Shown here one piece after another: positions 10,736 to 20,608 of a stretch of 64,000 bases of DNA; position 1 is the first letter of the stretch; every line of letters starts with the position of its first letter. A model generated the notes under the pieces. The model was not told where the DNA came from. It ran no database searches and saw only the letters and a list, made by a program, of their open reading frames with translations. Source of the DNA: an uncultured Bacteroidales bacterium (lineage in GTDB: Bacteria > Bacteroidota > Bacteroidia > Bacteroidales > Muribaculaceae); the NCBI GenBank assembly GCA_902762385.1, contig CACWNQ010000019.1:7115-71114 (forward strand), in the 5' to 3' direction. Made by a program: the position numbers and the translations under genes.

Positions 10736-10989
10736 ATGATTATAAACTGTTAATAATTTTCTATAAAGCAAACGCAAAATAAAAACACAATTGTATAATT
10801 TCCAAATAATTACAAACTTTTTTATGCATTAACTGATAAAACTACCTCTTTTAGTAGCAAAAATATAATAGTTTTCTAATATTTTTTCATTATCGAAATT
10901 TTGAACTACCAAAAAATGCCTATAAATAGTAATAGTTGGCCTAATAAAGCAGAAAAATTCACTTTTTTCGAAAAAAAGTTGCAAAAAAA

Positions 10990-11020
10990 TTTGCCAGTTC
11001 AAAAAATGTGCGTAACTTTG
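10990..11020 (+). promoter_or_regulatory. Bacteroidetes sigma-A promoter of tRNA-Asp
   Basis: TTTG (10990-10993), 19 nt spacer, TAACTTTG (11013-11020). Confidence 0.75.
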
Positions 11021-11037
11021 CACCGCAATTTCCAAAT

Positions 11038-11111
11038 GGTGCGTTAGTTCAGTTGGTTAGAATGCCTGCCTGTCACGCAGGAGGTCGCTGGTTCGAGTCC
11101 TGTACGCACCG
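11038..11111 (+). tRNA. tRNA-Asp(GTC)
   Basis: Acceptor ggtgcgt/acgcacc, anticodon arm cctgc-ctGTCac-gcagg, T-loop ttcgagt; CCA not encoded. Confidence 0.95.
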
Positions 11112-11188
11112 CAAGTGGAGAGAGGAGAAGAGCGAACTACCCTAATTAACAAAACAACAACTTGTTACAGCACATATAAAAGAACGAT

Positions 11189-11220
11189 AAAGGCAAGTCG
11201 CCATGTGACGACTTGCCTTT
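11189..11220. terminator. Bidirectional terminator between tRNA-Asp and the porin gene
   Basis: aaaggcaagtcg / cgacttgccttt 12-bp stem. Confidence 0.75.
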
Positions 11221-11268
11221 ATTTTACCCACCACATTGTACACTGAGTGGGAATAGTGTGTGCACTTG

Positions 11269-12609
11269 TTAGAATGTGAACTGTACGCGTGCCTGGCCCA
11301 TGTGAACGTTCTTGTCGTAGGGCAAGAAGTCCTTCTGCAGACGATGGTAAGTGTAGTCGAGCATCAGCTGAACGTACTTGTTGAACGAGTAGTTCATACC
11401 AATGGTGTAAGAGTTGACTTTACCACCACCAACACTGCTGCTGGCATAGGGCCAATCCTCCATGTAACCATTGGGATAGTACTGGTTGCGACCTACAGCG
11501 AAGTACTCGCCTTCGTTCACGTCGTTAAGGCTGGTGTAGTTGTAGCGAGCCACAATTTCAAGAGCCTTGCCATTAAGACCACCGAGCAAACCCTCGCTGC
11601 GGTTATACTTGTAAGGGCTACCGAAGATGAGGAAACCGGCCTCAACATAACCTCCGTGGAAGTTATCACTGCGCAAGGGGTTGGCAGCAAGCCACCAGTC
11701 GTAAGAACCCCAAGTGTCGATGTTGTTGTTGCTAGCCTCCCACAGGGTGTTGCTGTCGCGTTTCTTAGTTGTGTGCTTGTACATATACTCACCACGCACG
11801 AAGAAGCGGTTGTTGTGGTAGAGAACCTCGGCACCGAGATCAATCACGTTGTCAATCCAAGGAAGCTCGCACGATACGAACTGGTCATCTTCGTCAACAT
11901 AAGTCTCAAGTGGTTGACCAAGATAAAGGGTTTTCTTGAGCACATTGTTGGTAACAACGCCGCCACCCATGTGGGCAAAGCGACCGTTCACACCGATGTG
12001 CAGAGTCTGGTTCTCATCGATGATAGGACGAACCAAATAACGACCGGCAACGGTAATGCCGTTGAAACCTGATTCAATCTTGTTGTAGGCATTCTCGGTG
12101 AAAATACCCTGATAAGCCATGAATCGGTCGCTGTTGTACTTGTAGCTGATACCAAGCTCACGGCCTTCGCCCAAAGCATTGCTGCTACCAGGACGAGAAA
12201 TGAAGTGATAGCTACCAAGTGAGGTGTTACGTGCCATCGAACCGGCTGGATCGTTGTAGTAACCTAACTTAATTGAATGAGCATCGCCATTCTCGGTAGT
12301 CTTGGTGTACTGCAAGAAGATGTTCTTCTGCGCAAATTTACCCTTGCCAAAGCCAAAGTCGGCATAGAAATACCAGTCCTTATAGCGCATCGATGTGCGG
12401 ATGCGGGCATCGGTAATGGCAGCACCACTCTGCAATGGAGTGAAATCGGTGTTATAGTAGGCTGCGTCGGCCATCATGCGGGCACCAATGGTAAAGTGCA
12501 CGTCTTTCTCGTTGTTGTCAACCTTCAATGTGGGATCGGTATCAAAATCCTGTGCGTTGGCAGCGAACGCAAAAATCGCCAAAGCAAAGATCAAAAAATA
12601 TTTTTTCAT
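11269..12609 (-). CDS. Phosphate-selective porin OprO/OprP family outer-membrane beta-barrel
   Basis: Signal peptide, GAAITDARI motif, alternating beta-strands, terminal QARVQFTF; last gene of the glp operon. Confidence 0.75.
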   Translation of the reverse strand: MKKYFLIFALAIFAFAANAQDFDTDPTLKVDNNEKDVHFTIGARMMADAAYYNTDFTPLQSGAAITDARIRTSMRYKDWYFYADFGFGKGKFAQKNIFLQYTKTTENGDAHSIKLGYYNDPAGSMARNTSLGSYHFISRPGSSNALGEGRELGISYKYNSDRFMAYQGIFTENAYNKIESGFNGITVAGRYLVRPIIDENQTLHIGVNGRFAHMGGGVVTNNVLKKTLYLGQPLETYVDEDDQFVSCELPWIDNVIDLGAEVLYHNNRFFVRGEYMYKHTTKKRDSNTLWEASNNNIDTWGSYDWWLAANPLRSDNFHGGYVEAGFLIFGSPYKYNRSEGLLGGLNGKALEIVARYNYTSLNDVNEGEYFAVGRNQYYPNGYMEDWPYASSSVGGGKVNSYTIGMNYSFNKYVQLMLDYTYHRLQKDFLPYDKNVHMGQARVQFTF

Positions 12610-12682
12610 ATCTATTTATGTTCTAATGTTGATTAATATAAACTCTTTAAATGCTTTTTTCAACTGTGTTGATGCGATTTTA

Positions 12683-14380
12683 TTAGTAGCCAAGGCGAAC
12701 GAGGGTTGCCTCAACATCGGGAACAACAGATGGAGCTTGAGAGTTGTCAAACTTCTGACCAGGATGGAATGGGTTAGGAAGGTTGGCATTGCAACGGAAA
12801 CCATTCTCAATCATGTAACGCAACGAAATCTCAGAGCGATTGGTGAAGAAACCGTCCATGTAAACGGGCACGCTCTTGGTGCCTGTGAAATTGGTGTAGG
12901 CAGTTGCAGGGATTGTGAGTTGCAGCACGTCGTCAAACATGGTGGTGTTACCCTGTCCGTAGTAGTCGGTGTAGTAACCCATGTATTTCGACATCTGTGC
13001 ATAAGAGTCAAATGAGTATGGGTGGTTAATCATACCTGACTTGCGAATCATGTAGGCCTGCCAGGGCTGGTTCATCTCGGGATAGTTGTTAGGAGCACCA
13101 CTGATGGCGGGGCCGATGATGTGTGCGCCATATTCCTGTCCGTAGCGGATGAAGTCGGCATAACCAGTTGGAGTGTCATAAGCGATGTCGGTTGCATAGG
13201 GGGGATCACTGATCCACAGCAAGAAGCACATGGGCACTTGACCCTTGAACACGTCGTAGGCACGATGCAGAGCGTCGAACGAGAAGGTTTGGAGGATAAC
13301 CTTACCATTGGTGTTACCCACATTAACCTTACCACCCTTATAGAACTGGGTGTCGCTTGAAGGATTGGTCACAATGTTCCAGCCACATTCGTGTAGAACG
13401 TTGTAGACGCGAACCTCCATGTCTTTGGGGTTAAGCCAGCTCTCTTTGAACTCGATGTAGATACCTGGGCGGTTGCCAGTGTCCTGCTCATCATTTACAT
13501 AAGCGTTGGCGAAGTCATACTCAACGAAGTCCATGTACTTAGCAGCATAGCTGTAGCTTACGCTTGGATCGTCACACTTAACAGTCTTCTTCTCGCTGTT
13601 GTAAATCTCCTCAAGGGTCATGTTTTTGTATTTATCCTTAATCTTGTAAGGAAGAATACGAACGCCATTAGCATCGCGTTTCAGTTTCTTACCCTCGGCA
13701 AAGGCAATCTGGTCTTGAATGGCCGATACATAAAGGCCATTGCTATAGATAAGACCGTCCTTTGTGTTGTTCACTCTACCAAGCTGAGTAGCCTTGTATT
13801 TAGGACGGGCCTGCTCCTTAGTGCTGTTGTCAAGGTTGAACCACTCGCCTGAGTCGAGCATGAGAAGCTCGGCATAGTAGTACGACATTGTGTAATAGGT
13901 ACGGAAGTCGTTCACGTCACGCTGATATTGAGCCTCAATATCGGCCTCCGAGAAGTGCTGAGTGCCATCGCTGTTCTTGAACGAACGGTAGAATGCTTTA
14001 CGCACTTCGGTGGGAACATAGTCAGAGAAGAAGCTCTGGATGTTGGTTGTACGCTTCACGTTCTCGTCGTGGTTAGCAAGCACGATACCGTCTTTGGTAG
14101 CCTGCATGTCACTCTCAAGGTAGTCGGCGCCCATCTCACGAGCCCAACGCCAAGAAGCCTCGGTCTCTTCGGGGGTCCAGAAGATTGAGCCACGGTGTGC
14201 TGCTACAGCATACAAGGGCACATAGTCACGCACCTTTGCCATGTCGGCAGACAGTTGAGAAACCTCAATCCTGCGGGCATCGGTATTCTCATTGGTAAAC
14301 TGCTGCTCATCAGAGCAAGAGGTTGCCAGGGAAGCGAGCAATAAGCCAGCAACGCCTAATCGAATGATTTTTTTAAACAT
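12683..14380 (-). CDS. Glycerophosphodiester phosphodiesterase (GDPD) lipoprotein
   Basis: Lipobox LATSC; AHRG, ESDMQATKDG..HDE..RTTN, YIEFKES, ILQTF motifs. Confidence 0.87.
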   Translation of the reverse strand: MFKKIIRLGVAGLLLASLATSCSDEQQFTNENTDARRIEVSQLSADMAKVRDYVPLYAVAAHRGSIFWTPEETEASWRWAREMGADYLESDMQATKDGIVLANHDENVKRTTNIQSFFSDYVPTEVRKAFYRSFKNSDGTQHFSEADIEAQYQRDVNDFRTYYTMSYYYAELLMLDSGEWFNLDNSTKEQARPKYKATQLGRVNNTKDGLIYSNGLYVSAIQDQIAFAEGKKLKRDANGVRILPYKIKDKYKNMTLEEIYNSEKKTVKCDDPSVSYSYAAKYMDFVEYDFANAYVNDEQDTGNRPGIYIEFKESWLNPKDMEVRVYNVLHECGWNIVTNPSSDTQFYKGGKVNVGNTNGKVILQTFSFDALHRAYDVFKGQVPMCFLLWISDPPYATDIAYDTPTGYADFIRYGQEYGAHIIGPAISGAPNNYPEMNQPWQAYMIRKSGMINHPYSFDSYAQMSKYMGYYTDYYGQGNTTMFDDVLQLTIPATAYTNFTGTKSVPVYMDGFFTNRSEISLRYMIENGFRCNANLPNPFHPGQKFDNSQAPSVVPDVEATLVRLGY

Positions 14381-14438
14381 AAGTTTGATTGGTTTGTTGG
14401 TTAATATAAATATTTAATTAGTATTTCTTTATTTCATC

Positions 14439-14472
14439 CATCATGGTGAGCCTTGAATGGCTCACCGTGATG
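14439..14472. terminator. Intergenic 14-bp hairpin between glpT and the GDPD gene (terminator or RNA-stability element)
   Basis: catcatggtgagcc / ggctcaccgtgatg. Confidence 0.5.
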
Positions 14473-14483
14473 AACTATAATAA

Positions 14484-15914
14484 TTATTCTTCGGTTGTTT
14501 CTTCAGCTTTCTCTTCAGGAAGTGATGTTCCTTTGCGATCGGCAACGAGATATTGCTCCTCTTTGTAGGTGAGTGCCATGAAGAAGATTGCGAGAACACA
14601 GGCAATCATAAGCAGGATGAATACCCATGACCACCCCCAGTTGTCGGCAACGAAACCGAGAAGCGAGTTGGCAAGAAGGGCTGTACCAAGCACATAACCC
14701 ATGAAGCCAGTCAATCCAGCAGCTGTGCCGGCAGCATTCTTTGGAGCCAAGTCAAGTGCCTGGACACCAATAAGCATCACTGGGCCATAGATAAGGAAGC
14801 CTATAGCAATAAGACATCCCACAACCACCCAAAGGTTACTCATGTTCTGCCAATAGATAACGATAGCAATGATGATAATTGCCATGAATATCATGGTAGG
14901 CATTGCGCGACGGCCTTTGAAAACCTTATCGCTGAGCCAGCCACAGAAGATGGTACCAGGAATTGCTGCAAACTCATAGGCAAAATAAGCCCATCCGGCG
15001 CTCTTGATGTCAACACCCTGGTTGCTCAAGATTGTGGGAGCCCAGTCAAGACATCCATAACGCACCATGTAGATAAACGAGTTGGCTAGAGCAATAAACC
15101 ACAAGAACTTGTTACTGAGCACAGTCTTGAAGATTTCCTTTGTGCTCAATGTTTGCTCACTCTTCTTCTCGTCGTAGTTCTTTGACGCCGAGCCACTCCA
15201 TTTCTCAATCGATGGAAGACCACACGATTGTGGGGTGTCGCGAATCATCACATAAGCAATGATAGCGATAAGAATAGCTACTGCTGCGGGGAACGCATAG
15301 GTACCAATGAGGAAGTACATCTTCTCATCGTTGCCATAGAACCAGCTGCCGAACCACATAGCGCCATAGGCGGCCATTGGGCCAACAAGGGCACCACCCA
15401 CGTTGTGGGCGCAGTTCCACACACTCATCCATGTACCACGTTCCTTAATCGAGAACCAACGTGTCATAACGCGACCGCACGGAGGCCAACCCATTCCCTG
15501 GAACCAGCCCACAAGGAAGTTGAAGGCACCCATCAAGAAGATGGCGAGAGCCTTCTGCTCGCTGAAGAACTGAATGGGAATAATCATGAACATCATGGCA
15601 ACGGCCGAGAGAATAAGTCCCAGAGGCAGGAAACGACGTGCATTGCTGCGGTCGCTCACACTTGCCATCACAAATTTTGAGAAACCATAGGCAAGGGCAT
15701 TCATTGCCAGCGCCGTTCCTAGCTCACCCTTAGTGAAGCCAAAGGGCTCCAGCATGGGGATTGCCATCGACAGGTTTTTTCTCACAAGATAGAAACCGGC
15801 ATATCCGATGAAGATACCAATGAACACCTGCCACCTCAGGCGGCGGTATTCAGCATCGGCTTCAGGTCCTGTTCTTTCCGGCTTAAATGCCGGAGGAGCT
15901 AAAAATTTACCCAT
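14484..15914 (-). CDS. glpT: Glycerol-3-phosphate:Pi antiporter (MFS, OPA family)
   Basis: YRRLRWQVFIGIFIGYAGFYLVRKN, QGMGWPPCGR, WNCAHNVGG, GPVMLIGVQALDLAPK.AAGTAAGLTG. Confidence 0.92.
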   Translation of the reverse strand: MGKFLAPPAFKPERTGPEADAEYRRLRWQVFIGIFIGYAGFYLVRKNLSMAIPMLEPFGFTKGELGTALAMNALAYGFSKFVMASVSDRSNARRFLPLGLILSAVAMMFMIIPIQFFSEQKALAIFLMGAFNFLVGWFQGMGWPPCGRVMTRWFSIKERGTWMSVWNCAHNVGGALVGPMAAYGAMWFGSWFYGNDEKMYFLIGTYAFPAAVAILIAIIAYVMIRDTPQSCGLPSIEKWSGSASKNYDEKKSEQTLSTKEIFKTVLSNKFLWFIALANSFIYMVRYGCLDWAPTILSNQGVDIKSAGWAYFAYEFAAIPGTIFCGWLSDKVFKGRRAMPTMIFMAIIIIAIVIYWQNMSNLWVVVGCLIAIGFLIYGPVMLIGVQALDLAPKNAAGTAAGLTGFMGYVLGTALLANSLLGFVADNWGWSWVFILLMIACVLAIFFMALTYKEEQYLVADRKGTSLPEEKAEETTEE

Positions 15915-16070
15915 TTGTTTAATCGATTAATTGTTAACGGTTAATATTATTTTATTTCACTTTATTGCTTTGTTGTTAAAAATCCAACCTCAACTCCCCC
16001 TCTATTTAGAGAGGGGGATGGGAGGAGTATTATAATATGTGTGTTATGAAAAAAGCCATAATTAAACTTA

Positions 16071-17321
16071 TCACTTATTAAGTTCTCGTGTCGCTTCCAC
16101 ATCAAGCGCCTCGGCAATTATTGAGATGGGGTTCATCACAGGTGTGCCTGTTGACATCTCGATTTGCCACTTGCAGGTCTCGCAGTCGGTAGCAACACAG
16201 TCGGGATTCGCCTCATCAATCTGGTCAAAGAGTCCCTTACCAATGGCCTGCGAACGCTCATAGTTCTCTTTCTTAAAACCGTAGGTGCCACTTATGCCGC
16301 AGCATTGCGACTCAAGCATCACGAAGTCAATGCCTGGAATCATGCGCAGCAAGCGAGTGCTATAGGGCACCCATCCCATGCGCTCCATGTGGCATGCGCT
16401 GTGATAAGCAACGCGCTTATGATAATCCTCGCGAAAAGCAAGTTTAATCTCACCCTTCTCGATTAGTTGCAGCAAGAATCGGGTGGCAAGGCTTATGCTG
16501 TCGCGCACGTCGTGGTTGTCGATACCTAGCAGGTGGTCATACTCATCGCGCATGGTGAATGTGCAGGTCGAGCTAGTGGTTAACACAGCATGGCCCTGAG
16601 CAACAGCTTTGCGCATCGAGGTCATATTAACCTCGCCCTGGCGCTTTGCCTGCTTTGGCATACCGTTGGCGATGAGTGCCACACCGCAGCATTTCTCTTT
16701 CTCGAGCAGATGCACACCATAGCCCACAGCATTCATCACCTTAACGAAATCTTTGCCCAATTGTGGATAGTTATAGTTAACGTAGCAGCCATGGAAGTAG
16801 CTCACGTGCTTGCTGTACTGGCTCTGCTTGGGCGCAGCTTCCTTCTTGAACCACGACTCAAACTTGCGGCTTGAGTAGTCGGGGAAGGTGCGGTGCTTGT
16901 CAATGCCCATAACGCCGTGCAGAACAGCCTTCATGGGCTTGAGCTTTAGCACGGGATTAGCTATAGGAGCAAATGGCGAAGCCATCGTTCCCACCAGGTC
17001 GGTATTTGCAAGCATCATGTCGCGCAATGATGGGCGGTGGGTGCTGTACTTGATGCGAGCAGCCTGGATGATGTCGCCTATGTGCACATCGTTAGGGCAT
17101 GCCACTTCACAGCGCTTGCAGTTGAGGCACATCTTGAGTGCTTCATCAAAGAAAGCCTTATTCTTCAAGCGATAACGCTCGCCGTCGGGGCCAGCCTGCT
17201 TGGGACCAGGATATAATGGCGTTACTGCCGACACTGGACAATACACTGTGCATATGGAGCATTTCAAGCACTGCTCAAAGTTGTTGACGCTCATGTTTTG
17301 TGTCTGGGTTTCGATTGTCAT
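16071..17321 (-). CDS. glpC: Anaerobic glycerol-3-phosphate dehydrogenase subunit C
   Basis: Two 4Fe-4S motifs (CLKCSICTVYC, CLNCKRCEVAC), GPKQAGPDGER, CCG domains. Confidence 0.95.
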   Translation of the reverse strand: MTIETQTQNMSVNNFEQCLKCSICTVYCPVSAVTPLYPGPKQAGPDGERYRLKNKAFFDEALKMCLNCKRCEVACPNDVHIGDIIQAARIKYSTHRPSLRDMMLANTDLVGTMASPFAPIANPVLKLKPMKAVLHGVMGIDKHRTFPDYSSRKFESWFKKEAAPKQSQYSKHVSYFHGCYVNYNYPQLGKDFVKVMNAVGYGVHLLEKEKCCGVALIANGMPKQAKRQGEVNMTSMRKAVAQGHAVLTTSSTCTFTMRDEYDHLLGIDNHDVRDSISLATRFLLQLIEKGEIKLAFREDYHKRVAYHSACHMERMGWVPYSTRLLRMIPGIDFVMLESQCCGISGTYGFKKENYERSQAIGKGLFDQIDEANPDCVATDCETCKWQIEMSTGTPVMNPISIIAEALDVEATRELNK

Positions 17322-17336
17322 AGTTGTCGGTCAGTA

Positions 17337-18584
17337 TTATTGGTTCAAAATGTTCTCGGTAACTTGCAATGCAGTAAGCATGTCGACACCTGCGCCATCA
17401 AGCAGCTTTATGCTGTTGTGACCACTCAAGACCGAGCCTGCTGCATAGAGGTTGCTCATCACATTGCCACTGCGCTTGCAGTGCAGCTTGTGATCGGTTG
17501 CCACGCCCATTTCCATGTAGGGTTGAGCTTCGGTCACGTCAACAGTAGCCCAAGTCTTACGGTCGAGGCCCAAGTCGTCGACGTCGACACCCAAAGCAGG
17601 TTCATACACGTGGTTATAGTCAGCAACCAAGCCACGGCTCACAAACGAACCGGTGGCAAGTACAAAGTTGTCGGCTTCAAGCACTGTGCCGTCAAGCTTA
17701 GCGGTTTTCACGCCTTTAAGATTATTGCCGTCATATATTCCCTCTATCACCTGATCGCCAGTGAAGAAAGAGCCACCAAGTGCCATGAAACGCCTGCGAA
17801 GCTGCGACTGCATCCTCACGCCTGGCACCGATGGAGGCAACGTGTCGACATAGGATGCCGGCACATTGATAAGGCGAAGCAATTGCATAGCCTTTTCGTT
17901 GCTCGATATTCCCAGTACTGAAGGCAGCAGCACCATATCATACCCCTCACCTACAACACTGTTAACCTGGTCGGCAAACTTCACGAGCAGATCATTTTGC
18001 TCTATCACCTTAGCGATATTGGTCGAGCGCATCTCGGTAGGACTTTGGCGAAGCTGCTGGAATTCGGGCAGAATAACAGCCTTAACATCAACCTCCACAC
18101 CACGTTCACGCATTCCTGCAGCAAGGAACTTGGTAGGAAAATCTAGATAATTGACGATATTAACCAATGCCACTTTGCGCCATGGCATCTTATCGGGATC
18201 ATCAATGGCAGCCATCCCTTCAAGAGTGAGCCAGGTGGGCATCAAGGCACCTATCGGTGTAATGCGCCAGTGATTGGCGGTAGCATAGCCAGTGGTGGCG
18301 AGACCAGCTCTCTCGAGTATTTGTTTCGCCACACCAGCTAACCTTGACACGTCTTCTAGTTTTTTATAGGGATGTTTTTCATTAAGTTTTGCAATGGCAT
18401 CAAGGGGCTTGAACAAGTCGTTGCCACGCTCGTCGCTGCCCAGTAGGTCGAGTGACCCGCCCATAAAGTGCAGAGTGCTTTGTCCGGCACTCACAAGTGC
18501 CACATCCTTGCCGGCCTCGGCCAGCGCAATGCCTGCGGTGAGGCCCGAGAGGCCTCCACCTATTATTACTATATCAAATCTCAT
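17337..18584 (-). CDS. glpB: Anaerobic glycerol-3-phosphate dehydrogenase subunit B
   Basis: MRFDIVIIGGGLSGL FAD motif, GQSTLHF, LPPSVPGVR, LATGSFVSRGL. Start set at the internal ATG overlapping the glpA stop. Confidence 0.93.
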   Translation of the reverse strand: MRFDIVIIGGGLSGLTAGIALAEAGKDVALVSAGQSTLHFMGGSLDLLGSDERGNDLFKPLDAIAKLNEKHPYKKLEDVSRLAGVAKQILERAGLATTGYATANHWRITPIGALMPTWLTLEGMAAIDDPDKMPWRKVALVNIVNYLDFPTKFLAAGMRERGVEVDVKAVILPEFQQLRQSPTEMRSTNIAKVIEQNDLLVKFADQVNSVVGEGYDMVLLPSVLGISSNEKAMQLLRLINVPASYVDTLPPSVPGVRMQSQLRRRFMALGGSFFTGDQVIEGIYDGNNLKGVKTAKLDGTVLEADNFVLATGSFVSRGLVADYNHVYEPALGVDVDDLGLDRKTWATVDVTEAQPYMEMGVATDHKLHCKRSGNVMSNLYAAGSVLSGHNSIKLLDGAGVDMLTALQVTENILNQ

Positions 18585-20193
18585 AGCACTCCACTCTCCT
18601 TTCATTTGCAAGTCGGTCCACGCCGAGCACACCTTGATATATTCTAGCGGTAAGCTGAGCCTCGGCAAGGTTGTCGCCCCATGCCACTGGCTGCATGCCT
18701 TTCCACCGTTCGTTCATAAATCCAGCAAGGTCATTAATCGCCTTCTGTGTGTCATCACCACACATCACGCCAGCAGCACGGCAGGCACACAACTCGCCTT
18801 GACAGGTTCCCATGCCCACGCGCGTGCGCCTGCGCAGGTTTATAAGATTGTGTACATGCAGCTTGGTGACAGCATATCTTACCTCGCCAACACTCACACC
18901 CTCACACTCGCACACCAGGGCATCGCTAGTCACGTCACCACTATCAATGCTAGCATTAAGAGTGCCATGGCGTCCCTCAGCAGCTTTCTGAGCAAAGCTG
19001 TATTTCTTGGTCTCAACCTTTGGCTCGCTGCCGGGCAGTGGTGTGGTCGCTGTCTCGCACTGCTTTGCAATGCCCAGTTTCTCACATGCCAGGTTGGTCA
19101 CTTCCTCGGCCATAAGACGATAGGTCATCATCTTACCGCCAGTTATAGTGATAAAGCCGGCAAGGCCATCACGCTTCTCATGGTCGAGTGTAACGATGCC
19201 ACGGCTTATGCTTCGGCCTGTGGGGTCGTCATCACTGGCAATTAACGGACGAACTCCGGCATAGGCCCTAAGAATGCGTGTGCTGCCAAGCGACGGCGCC
19301 AACTTCATGCCCTCGGCAAGCAGCAGTTCCACCTCCTCGGGAGTAACGCGCATGTCATCGCACGTTTCAATGGGCACACGGTCACTTGTGGTACCTATCA
19401 CACACACGGCATCGTCGGGAACCAGAATGTCGGCATTGGCAGGCTTGCGGCAGCGGTTTATAACCATGTTATTAACACGATGACCGAAAATCAACAGCGA
19501 CCCCTTGGCGGGGAACATATTGATTTTAACACCTGCCATTTGTGCAACCAGCATGCCCCAAATGCCAGCGGCATTGATTGTCAACGTGGCATGCACGTTT
19601 CGCTCCTCACCGTTCAGGTTGTTGCGCAACTTAACGCCCACCACTCGGCCTTGCTCGATAATAATGTCAATTACCTCATGATAGACCAAAGCCTCAGCAC
19701 CATGCAGTTGTGCATCGAGAACATTGGCCATCGTCAGCCTGAAAGGGTCGACCGAAGCATCGGGCACTTTCACTGCACCTATCAAGTCGGGGTTCACAGC
19801 TGGTTCCATAATCTTCGCCAACTGTGGATCGATAACCTCGGCTCTAATGCCTGCCTCGGTACACTTCTGCACAAATGTGCTCTGGAAATTGATGTCATCC
19901 TCAGGAAGGGTGATGAAGAGGCCTTCGGTCTCCTCTACGCAATGTCGTGCTATCTTGCGCAAAGTCATATTCTCGGCAATGCACTCCACAGCGCTCTCAT
20001 GGTCGGTAACGGCATATCGAGCACCACTATGTAGCAGTCCATGATTACGGCCTGTTGCTCCTGTTGAGTAGTCATGACGCTCTACAAGCAGCACTTTCAG
20101 CCCCCTCATGGCGCAATCTCGGGCCGTTCCGGCACCAGTGATTCCGCCGCCTATCACAATCACATCATAGTGGTTGCTTAGTTCTTTTTCCAT
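18574..20193 (-). CDS. glpA: Anaerobic glycerol-3-phosphate dehydrogenase subunit A
   Basis: VIGGGITGAG, GATGRNHGLLHSGARYAV, GGKMMTYR, C-terminal BFD-like CECE...RTRVGMGTCQGELC. Confidence 0.96.
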   Translation of the reverse strand: MEKELSNHYDVIVIGGGITGAGTARDCAMRGLKVLLVERHDYSTGATGRNHGLLHSGARYAVTDHESAVECIAENMTLRKIARHCVEETEGLFITLPEDDINFQSTFVQKCTEAGIRAEVIDPQLAKIMEPAVNPDLIGAVKVPDASVDPFRLTMANVLDAQLHGAEALVYHEVIDIIIEQGRVVGVKLRNNLNGEERNVHATLTINAAGIWGMLVAQMAGVKINMFPAKGSLLIFGHRVNNMVINRCRKPANADILVPDDAVCVIGTTSDRVPIETCDDMRVTPEEVELLLAEGMKLAPSLGSTRILRAYAGVRPLIASDDDPTGRSISRGIVTLDHEKRDGLAGFITITGGKMMTYRLMAEEVTNLACEKLGIAKQCETATTPLPGSEPKVETKKYSFAQKAAEGRHGTLNASIDSGDVTSDALVCECEGVSVGEVRYAVTKLHVHNLINLRRRTRVGMGTCQGELCACRAAGVMCGDDTQKAINDLAGFMNERWKGMQPVAWGDNLAEAQLTARIYQGVLGVDRLANERRVECYEI

Positions 20194-20365
20194 TAATTCT
20201 AGATATTTGCCTTTTAACAGGTTTAGGTTTGCTCACCCACTACTAAGCAAATGGCTGGTTTTAAGGTGATTATAATTATCTTTTTTGAACATAAAACATT
20301 TGTAACTAATTTGCTTGAGAACTCGAAAAGTTTCTAAACGCAACCTTAAATGTTTTATTTCGCAA

Positions 20366-20396
20366 CAAAATTATGACAAGGTTTTTGAAAAACAAA
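20366..20396 (-). promoter_or_regulatory. Sigma-A promoter of the glp operon
   Basis: On the minus strand: TTTG (20393-20396), 19 nt spacer, TAATTTTG (20366-20373). Confidence 0.6.
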
Positions 20397-20516
20397 ATTT
20401 TTTGGAACTTTTTTCATAATAATATACAAAGAATTTTTCAAAATAGATAAATTTGCACATTTTCCCAACAATTTTTCGTCTAAAGAGTTTCGAAAAATTA
20501 AAAAAACATAAGAAAA

Positions 20517-20548
20517 TTTGTTTCTTTTGAAAGATTATCCTAATTTTG
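20517..20548 (+). promoter_or_regulatory. Sigma-A promoter of the DeoR regulator
   Basis: TTTG (20517-20520), 20 nt spacer, TAATTTTG (20541-20548). Confidence 0.6.
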
Positions 20549-20608
20549 CCACATCTCTTTTGAAACAAAAGGCTTTTTTTACACACATTATTAATATAGA
20601 AACATATT

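Noticed and set aside
11260-12072. 270-aa plus-strand ORF and other long antisense ORFs (9550-10224, 18394-19245, 35923-36699 and similar)
   Set aside because: Shadows of well-supported genes on the opposite strand, with no domain features.
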